Origin: Parcubacteria group bacterium
GTDB taxonomy: Bacteria > Patescibacteriota > Microgenomatia > UBA1400 > PJMF01
Direction of reading: 5' to 3'
DNA length: 64,000 nt
NCBI GenBank assembly: GCA_943350175.1
Contig: CALQZX010000005.1
Location: 150-64,149 of the forward strand
Numbering within the stretch: position 1 is the first letter of the stretch; the number at the start of each line of letters is the position of its first letter. The position numbers and the translations under genes are program-made. Under the pieces are notes generated by a model, which worked only from the letters and a program-made list of their open reading frames with translations, was not told the origin of the DNA and did not search any database. Of this stretch, positions 58,018-64,000 are shown in pieces.

Positions 58018-58702
58018 AGTCTTCTGCTTGAAGTTTAATGCCTCTTTTCACGTGAAATTTACCAATTTTAAGACGTCTCAGAATACTGACATTTGCTCCA
58101 CATTCTAATTTTTTGCCAATGTCTTGAATCAAGGAACGAATATAGGTGCCACTTGAGCAGGCAACTAGCAATTCAAAACTAATTTCTTCATTTTTCACGT
58201 CTTTTTTGAATTTTTTTAAAGCAATTTTCTTTATTTCAATTAGCCGACTAGGCAGTTCAATAGTCTCGCCTTTTCTGGCTTTTTGATAAAGCTTCTGTCC
58301 TTTGATTTTAACTGCGGAAAAAATTGGGACGGTTTGTTGAATTTCTCCTTTAAATTGCTTTATTATTTTACCTAAGTCGGCTTTCTTTATGTCCTTAAGC
58401 TGTTGCCAATCTGTTTGGTTGACGATTTTACCAGTCTGATCGTAAGTGTCAGTTTCGATGCCAAGCCTAGCAGTTACTAAATACTCTTTATCTTTTTTCA
58501 AATAAAGACTTTGCTCTCTGGTGTATTCTCTACCGACCAGAATAATTAACAGACCAGAGGCAAGCGGATCTAAGGTGCCACAATGACCGATTCTTTTAAT
58601 CCCACTTATTTTTCTGAAATAATTAACCACGTCATGGCTACTTGGGCCACTCGGCTTATCTACCAAATAAACACCTGGTTTGATATCTAGCACGTTTGAC
58701 AT
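57995..58702 (-). CDS. truB: tRNA pseudouridine-55 synthase
   Basis: DKPSG, GHCGTLDPLASG and CSSGTYIRSL. Confidence 0.95.
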   Translation of the reverse strand: MSNVLDIKPGVYLVDKPSGPSSHDVVNYFRKISGIKRIGHCGTLDPLASGLLIILVGREYTREQSLYLKKDKEYLVTARLGIETDTYDQTGKIVNQTDWQQLKDIKKADLGKIIKQFKGEIQQTVPIFSAVKIKGQKLYQKARKGETIELPSRLIEIKKIALKKFKKDVKNEEISFELLVACSSGTYIRSLIQDIGKKLECGANVSILRRLKIGKFHVKRGIKLQAEDFKMVLDN

Positions 58703-58733
58703 TATAGACCTTGTGCTAAAATGATTGCAGATC

Positions 58734-59696
58734 ATGAATCTAGAACAACTTTTCAAGCAAAATTTCCCTTCTTTTGATTTTATTTTTGATTATCCTTTGG
58801 CAAATAAGAGCTATTTCAAAATAGGTGGCAACGCTGAAGTTTACTACGCTGCCAAAAATCGCCAAGAAGTCATTGATCTGCTTGTTTTCTGCAAAAAACA
58901 AAACATCAAATACAATATTTTAGGTGGAGCCAGCAATATAATTATTGCCGATGAAGGCTTGACTGGTTTGGTGATTGGTTTTGATTTTAATGAATTAAAA
59001 ATTGTTGAAGAAACGCAGGACAAAATAATTTGTCAAGCTGATGCTGGCATTAAAACCTCTGTTTTAGTTGCCAAAATAGCTGCCAAAGGTGGCAGCGGCC
59101 TAGAGGGTTTCATTGGTGTGCCAGGAGTTTTAGGAGGAGCGATCTATAACAATGCGCATTATTTAAAAGATTTAATCAGTGACAACTTAATCCAGGTTGA
59201 AGTTTTTGATTTAGAAAAAGAAGAGATTTCTTTATTCACACGTGAAAAATGCCAGTTTGCTTATGAGCAGTCTATTTTCCAAACGAACAAGAGCCTTCTT
59301 ATATTATCCGCATATTTTGAGTTAAAAAAAATATCTCCAGATATAGCTAAAGAAAAAGTGAGAGCTGCCATAGAAAAAAGAGAGCTGACTCAGCCTTTGG
59401 ATCTGCCAAGCTGTGGCTGTGTTTTTCAAAATCCTGCAAATAATGAACAGTTGAAGAAGCTTTTCCCCCAGTTCAGTGAGGCGGAATTTGTGCCAGCAGG
59501 CTTCTTAATTGATCAAGCTGGACTAAAAGGCAGTAAAGAGGGCGATGTGCAGGTTAGTGAAAAGCACGCTGCCTTTTTTGTTAATCTTGGCCAAGGTAAA
59601 GCAGAGGACGTGAAAAAGTTAATTCACAGAGTCAAGACGGTGGTTTTAGAAAAATTTAATGTTATTCTAAAGGAAGAAGTTTTTTATTTAACTTAA
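58734..59696 (+). CDS. murB: UDP-N-acetylmuramate dehydrogenase
   Basis: FKIGG, GGASN, QP...PSCGCVFQNP and SEKHA. Confidence 0.95.
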   Translation: MNLEQLFKQNFPSFDFIFDYPLANKSYFKIGGNAEVYYAAKNRQEVIDLLVFCKKQNIKYNILGGASNIIIADEGLTGLVIGFDFNELKIVEETQDKIICQADAGIKTSVLVAKIAAKGGSGLEGFIGVPGVLGGAIYNNAHYLKDLISDNLIQVEVFDLEKEEISLFTREKCQFAYEQSIFQTNKSLLILSAYFELKKISPDIAKEKVRAAIEKRELTQPLDLPSCGCVFQNPANNEQLKKLFPQFSEAEFVPAGFLIDQAGLKGSKEGDVQVSEKHAAFFVNLGQGKAEDVKKLIHRVKTVVLEKFNVILKEEVFYLT

Positions 59697-59753
59697 GTTT
59701 TTGCACTTTAAATAAAGTCACGCTCGACGAAAATTATTTATAGAAAGAAAATT

Positions 59754-61085
59754 ATGAGCAAGGCAAGTTTTGTAGTTACTGGCGGTACTCCACTTTATGG
59801 TTCAGTCAGAGTTGGTGGAGCCAAAAATGCTTCATATAAGCTAATGATCGCGGCTCTACTTGGTAGTAAAGAAAGTCGCCTGCTTAATTTACCTGATATC
59901 TCAGATGTTGATCTGGTGGCTCAAATTATTAATGAGCTGGGCGCCAAGGCTTATCGAGTTGGTGAGCGTACTTTTTTTATCGATACTCGCAACCTTCGCT
60001 TTTCAACAGTTCAGGCAAAACATGGCGAACAATCCCGTGCTTCTACCCTTTTCATACCAGTTTTATTGGCCAAATTTGGTCATGCAGAGGTTCCCCTGCC
60101 TGGTGGAGATAAAATCGGCAAACGTCCTTTAGAGCGCCACATGATGGGCCTAGAAATGATGGGCGCTAAGTTTTCTCAGGAAAACGGAGTTTTAGTGGCA
60201 ACTTGCAAAGAACTCGTTGGCTGCACTTATCGATTTGAAAAAAATACCCACACTGGCACTGAAACTTTGATCATGGCTGCAGTTTTGGCTAAAGGCAAAA
60301 CCATTCTCGAAAATGCCGCTGAAGAACCAGAAATTGACGACTTAATTTCCTTTCTCAATCAAATGGGAGCCAAAATTCGCCGTCGTTCTTTCCGTAAAAT
60401 CGAAATTGATGGCGTTGAAAAACTCGATGGAGCGATTCACAAAATTATGCCAGATCGCAACGAGGCGGTTAGCTATGCTTGTGCAGCCATTGCTACTAGA
60501 GGTGACATCGTGGTGGAAAACGCCAGACAAAAAGATCTCAAAGCTTTCTTAGACAAGTTGGATGAAATTGGCGCTGGTTATGAAATTGGTGACTATGGCA
60601 TTCGCTTCTACTACAAAGGCCCAATGAGAGCTACAGATCTGGAAACAGAAATTCATCCTGGCTTTATGACTGATTGGCAGCCTCTTTTTGCCACTCTGCT
60701 CTGTCAATGTCATGGTGAAAGCATTATTCACGAAACAGTTATGCAAAATCGTTTTCAATATGTTGAGGATTTGCGAGCTATGGGGGCGAAGATTGAATAT
60801 TTTAATCCAACCGTCAAAAATCCTGATGATTTTTATAATTTTAACTGGCAAGATCATAGTGAAAATGATCGACACGCCATTAAAATTTCTGGCCCTACTG
60901 ATTTTAAAGGCGGTGAGTTCACGATTCATGATTTGCGAGCCGGAGCCACCATTCTTTTGGCAGCCATTGGTGCCAAAGGACAGACCACATTGCACAACAT
61001 TGAACAAGTTGAGCGTGGCTACCAAAAAATAGATGAGAAATTGATTTTAATGGGTGCTAAGATAGAAAGAGTTATATCGCAGTAG
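59754..61085 (+). CDS. murA: UDP-N-acetylglucosamine 1-carboxyvinyltransferase
   Basis: GAKNA, LPGGDKIGKRP, AAEEPEI and DLRAGA. Confidence 0.95.
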   Translation: MSKASFVVTGGTPLYGSVRVGGAKNASYKLMIAALLGSKESRLLNLPDISDVDLVAQIINELGAKAYRVGERTFFIDTRNLRFSTVQAKHGEQSRASTLFIPVLLAKFGHAEVPLPGGDKIGKRPLERHMMGLEMMGAKFSQENGVLVATCKELVGCTYRFEKNTHTGTETLIMAAVLAKGKTILENAAEEPEIDDLISFLNQMGAKIRRRSFRKIEIDGVEKLDGAIHKIMPDRNEAVSYACAAIATRGDIVVENARQKDLKAFLDKLDEIGAGYEIGDYGIRFYYKGPMRATDLETEIHPGFMTDWQPLFATLLCQCHGESIIHETVMQNRFQYVEDLRAMGAKIEYFNPTVKNPDDFYNFNWQDHSENDRHAIKISGPTDFKGGEFTIHDLRAGATILLAAIGAKGQTTLHNIEQVERGYQKIDEKLILMGAKIERVISQ

Positions 61086-61097
61086 GCATGAAACTAT

Positions 61098-62141
61098 ATG
61101 GGATCATTAGCACTTTTTCTTGGTATATTAATTTTTTCTTTCACTTTAACTAGCAGTGCGGTAGTACCTTTCATTAATTTGCTTTATCAATTGCGTTTTC
61201 GTCGCGCCAATCAGGAAACTTTAGATGCCTTTGGTGACAGAACGCCTATTTTTGATAAGTTCCACTCTGGAAAAGCTGGCGTCCCAGTAGGCGGCGGTCT
61301 ATTAGTGGTAATGATGGTTTCTTTACTCTTCGCTACTATGATTCCTGTTCTGCACTACTTCGGCATTGATGTGACCAGCATTCATCGCAATTCTCAGGCA
61401 GAGGTAAATATTTTGTTTTTCACCTTTTTATCTTTTGCGATTTTGGGATTGTATGACGATATAAAGAAATTTTTTCATTTTGACGATAGTAAGTTTTTTG
61501 GTTTGCGTATGCGTCAAAAATTGATTTTACAAATAGCTTTGGCAGTTATTATTTCTTGCATGATTTATTTTCAGCTGGGAATTTCTATTTTACACGTGCC
61601 TTTTATCGGCACGCTTAATTTGGGTTATTTTTACATTCCTTTTGCAACTTTTGTCATTGTTGCTTTTGCCAATGCAGTCAATATCACCGATGGTTTGGAT
61701 GGCTTGGCAGCTGGAGTCTTGATGTTTTCATTATTTGGCTTGTGGGTTCTATCGTCAACAATTTTAGATGTGCCTTTGTCCGTTTTTATTGCTCTTTGGC
61801 TTGGTTCTTTAATATCTTTTCTATACTTTAATGTTTTTCCAGCCAGAATTTTTATGGGTGATGTTGGCTCAATGGCTTTTGGAGCCACTTTGGCGGTGAT
61901 TGGTTTATTGCTTGGTAAGATCTTGGCGCTTTTTATCATTGGTTTTATTTTTGTGATTGAAATAACTACTTCTTTGGCTCAATTACTTTCTAAAAAGTAC
62001 TTAAAAAAGAAACTTATGCCTGCCGCTCCATTCCACCTAACTTTGCAAGAAAGAGGTTGGGTCGAGCCAAAAATTGTCCAGAGAGCCTGGTTGATTCAGA
62101 TCATGCTGACAATTTTTGGAGTTTGGCTGGCGGTTATTTAA
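61098..62141 (+). CDS. mraY: Phospho-MurNAc-pentapeptide transferase
   Basis: NAVNITDGLDGL and PARIFMGDVGS. Confidence 0.95.
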   Translation: MGSLALFLGILIFSFTLTSSAVVPFINLLYQLRFRRANQETLDAFGDRTPIFDKFHSGKAGVPVGGGLLVVMMVSLLFATMIPVLHYFGIDVTSIHRNSQAEVNILFFTFLSFAILGLYDDIKKFFHFDDSKFFGLRMRQKLILQIALAVIISCMIYFQLGISILHVPFIGTLNLGYFYIPFATFVIVAFANAVNITDGLDGLAAGVLMFSLFGLWVLSSTILDVPLSVFIALWLGSLISFLYFNVFPARIFMGDVGSMAFGATLAVIGLLLGKILALFIIGFIFVIEITTSLAQLLSKKYLKKKLMPAAPFHLTLQERGWVEPKIVQRAWLIQIMLTIFGVWLAVI

Positions 62142-62149
62142 CTGCCAAT

Positions 62150-63226
62150 ATGTCATCGTCTTCTAAACTTTTTCTCGGCCTAATCATTTTCCTTTCTTTG
62201 CTTGGATTATTTTTTGTTTTTGAAGCTTCTACTGTAGAAAGTTTCAAATTATTTGGTCATCAGTACTATTTTTTCAGACAGCAAGCTCTGTGGCTAACCT
62301 TGTCTTTTGTGGTGCTATTTTTGGCTAGCAAATTTAAGGTCAGCTTTTTTGAAAAATATGCTTTGCAAATTTATGCTTTTGCGGTTTTACTCCTTATTTT
62401 AACCTTGATTCCTGGCATTGGCCTGAAGCTCAATGGCGCTCGCCGTTGGATTGCTTTGCCTTTTGGAACTTTGCAAACGGTGGAGGTTTTTAAGTTTGTT
62501 TTGATCAGTTTTTATGCCTATCTTTTGTCAAAGAAATTAGATTTAGGCAGTTTCTTATTTTTTCTATTTTGGCCGATTCTTTTGGTTTTATTACAACCAG
62601 ACTTCGGTTCATTGATGGTCTTAGTAGCCAGTAGTATTATCATGTATTTCTTGGCTGGTGGAGAAATAAAAATTCTATCAATTATTTTTGGGGGCGGATT
62701 TTTATTAGCGCTTTTGGTAGTTATATTTAGTCCTTACAGAAGAGAAAGATTGACCACCTTCTTAAATCCAGAAGAAAATATTCAAGGGGATTCTTATCAT
62801 GTTCGCCAGATTACTTTAGCTTTGGGCGGCGGATCTTGGTTTGGTAGGGGCATCGGCAACTCTCAACAAAAATATTCTTATGTGCCAGAAGCAAGCAGTG
62901 ATTCGATCTTTGCTATTGTGGCAGAAGAAGTTGGTTTTGTCGGTTCTTTCTTGATCATTTGTGCTTTCATTGCTTATTTCATTGCAGCCAATTCAATGGT
63001 TAAAAATAAAGTTTTGAGTAAATATGAATATCTGCTTTATTATGGAATTTTGGGTTGGATAGCAATTCAATTGCTGTTTAATTTATCGGCAGTGGTTGTT
63101 TTGCTGCCGCTTAGCGGCATGCCTTTGCCGTTTTTCTCTCAGGGCGGCTCGTCTCTTTTGATGTCATTTTTTGCAAGTGGGGTTTTACTCTCAATCGCTT
63201 CCCATGCTAAGATTAAAAAGTCATGA
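62150..63226 (+). CDS. ftsW: SEDS-family peptidoglycan glycosyltransferase FtsW
   Basis: NGARRW, QPDFGS, PEASSDSIFAIVAEE and LPFFSQGGSS; lies between mraY and murG. Confidence 0.9.
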   Translation: MSSSSKLFLGLIIFLSLLGLFFVFEASTVESFKLFGHQYYFFRQQALWLTLSFVVLFLASKFKVSFFEKYALQIYAFAVLLLILTLIPGIGLKLNGARRWIALPFGTLQTVEVFKFVLISFYAYLLSKKLDLGSFLFFLFWPILLVLLQPDFGSLMVLVASSIIMYFLAGGEIKILSIIFGGGFLLALLVVIFSPYRRERLTTFLNPEENIQGDSYHVRQITLALGGGSWFGRGIGNSQQKYSYVPEASSDSIFAIVAEEVGFVGSFLIICAFIAYFIAANSMVKNKVLSKYEYLLYYGILGWIAIQLLFNLSAVVVLLPLSGMPLPFFSQGGSSLLMSFFASGVLLSIASHAKIKKS

Positions 63227-64000
63227 AAATCTTAATGAGTGGTGCTCACCTAACTCCTGCTTTGGCGATGATTGATTTCATCAAGGCAAGTCACCCTGAG
63301 CACGAAATTTTGTTTGTAGGGCGTTTGTACAGCCAAGAAAAACTTGCTCAGAAGGCGGTTGAAAAGGAAGAAGTAGAAAAACGTGAGGTCAAATTTATTC
63401 CTTTTTCCGCTGCTAAATTTGTTAATTATTCTCTCCTCTCTACAGTTGCTACTTTTTTATCTTTTCCCAAAACTGTGGCTGATGCGCGTAAAATTCTAGT
63501 TAGAGAAAAAATTGATCTTTTTCTTTCTTTTGGTTCTTATCTGGCTGTGCCCTTTGCTTTGGCAGCTAAAAGTCTCGGTATTGCTGTGGTTACTCACGAG
63601 CAGACAGTGGTGATGGGCAAAGCCAATCAATTTATTGCCACTATCGCTGACAAAGTGGCAGTTTCTTATCAAGAGACGGCTAAATATTTAAAAAGAAAAG
63701 ACTTTGTTCTGACGGGGAATCCAGTCAGAGCTAGAATATTTGCCAAAGATTTGGCAAAACCAAGTTGGTTGCCAAAAGAAGCAAAAAATATTTTATTAAT
63801 TATGGGTGGCAATCAGGGTTCTTTTGTGATCAATGACTGCATTCAAAACAATCTTGTAGCTCTTCTTGAAGATTATCTAATAATTCACCAATGCGGCAGA
63901 GCTAATAAAATAAAAAATTCTTCTAAGCAACTGGAAAAATTCAAAGAAAATTTACAAAAGGATCTACAAGAAAAATATTTTATTAAAGAATGGATTGAAG
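63223..64000 (+). CDS. murG: MurG glycosyltransferase (runs off the window)
   Basis: MKILMSGAHLTPALA, HEQT, TGNPVR and MGGNQGS. Confidence 0.9.
   Translation, partial: MKILMSGAHLTPALAMIDFIKASHPEHEILFVGRLYSQEKLAQKAVEKEEVEKREVKFIPFSAAKFVNYSLLSTVATFLSFPKTVADARKILVREKIDLFLSFGSYLAVPFALAAKSLGIAVVTHEQTVVMGKANQFIATIADKVAVSYQETAKYLKRKDFVLTGNPVRARIFAKDLAKPSWLPKEAKNILLIMGGNQGSFVINDCIQNNLVALLEDYLIIHQCGRANKIKNSSKQLEKFKENLQKDLQEKYFIKEWIE

Noticed and set aside
22599-61939. Many 60-200 aa ORFs nested in or antisense to housekeeping genes
   Set aside because: They overlap well-supported genes and show no motifs of their own.

Overview
A 64-kb AT-rich window in genetic code 11. Gene content and protein style point to a Patescibacteria (CPR) chromosome, probably Microgenomates-like (inference). 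The backbone is ordinary housekeeping: greA, class I lysS, serS, secA, mutM, split transketolase, dnaE, gatCAB, htpX-lemA, three tRNAs, wzx, lepB, truB and murB-murA-mraY-ftsW-murG. Two accessory islands interrupt it. Island A (<1 to ~12892) carries a TatA/TatC locus enclosing phage-tail-like cargo genes between two inverted tatA copies, then a pilin/VirB6/PrgI/VirB4/M23 T4SS-like operon. It is followed by tandem palindromic mini-elements, one holding an integron-cassette-like gene. Island B (42833-50895) sits at the 3' end of tRNA-Asp and encodes a large serine recombinase plus a GHKL-ATPase / alphaCTD-sigma4 module that may be a defence system. The strongest observation is that both islands end in a start-less orphan reading frame with the same motif (EPxxxxVExLxxSxxK), directly beside a terminator. 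In island B this frame would fuse in frame to the recombinase on excision, so the integrase would swap its C-terminus between integrated and circular states.
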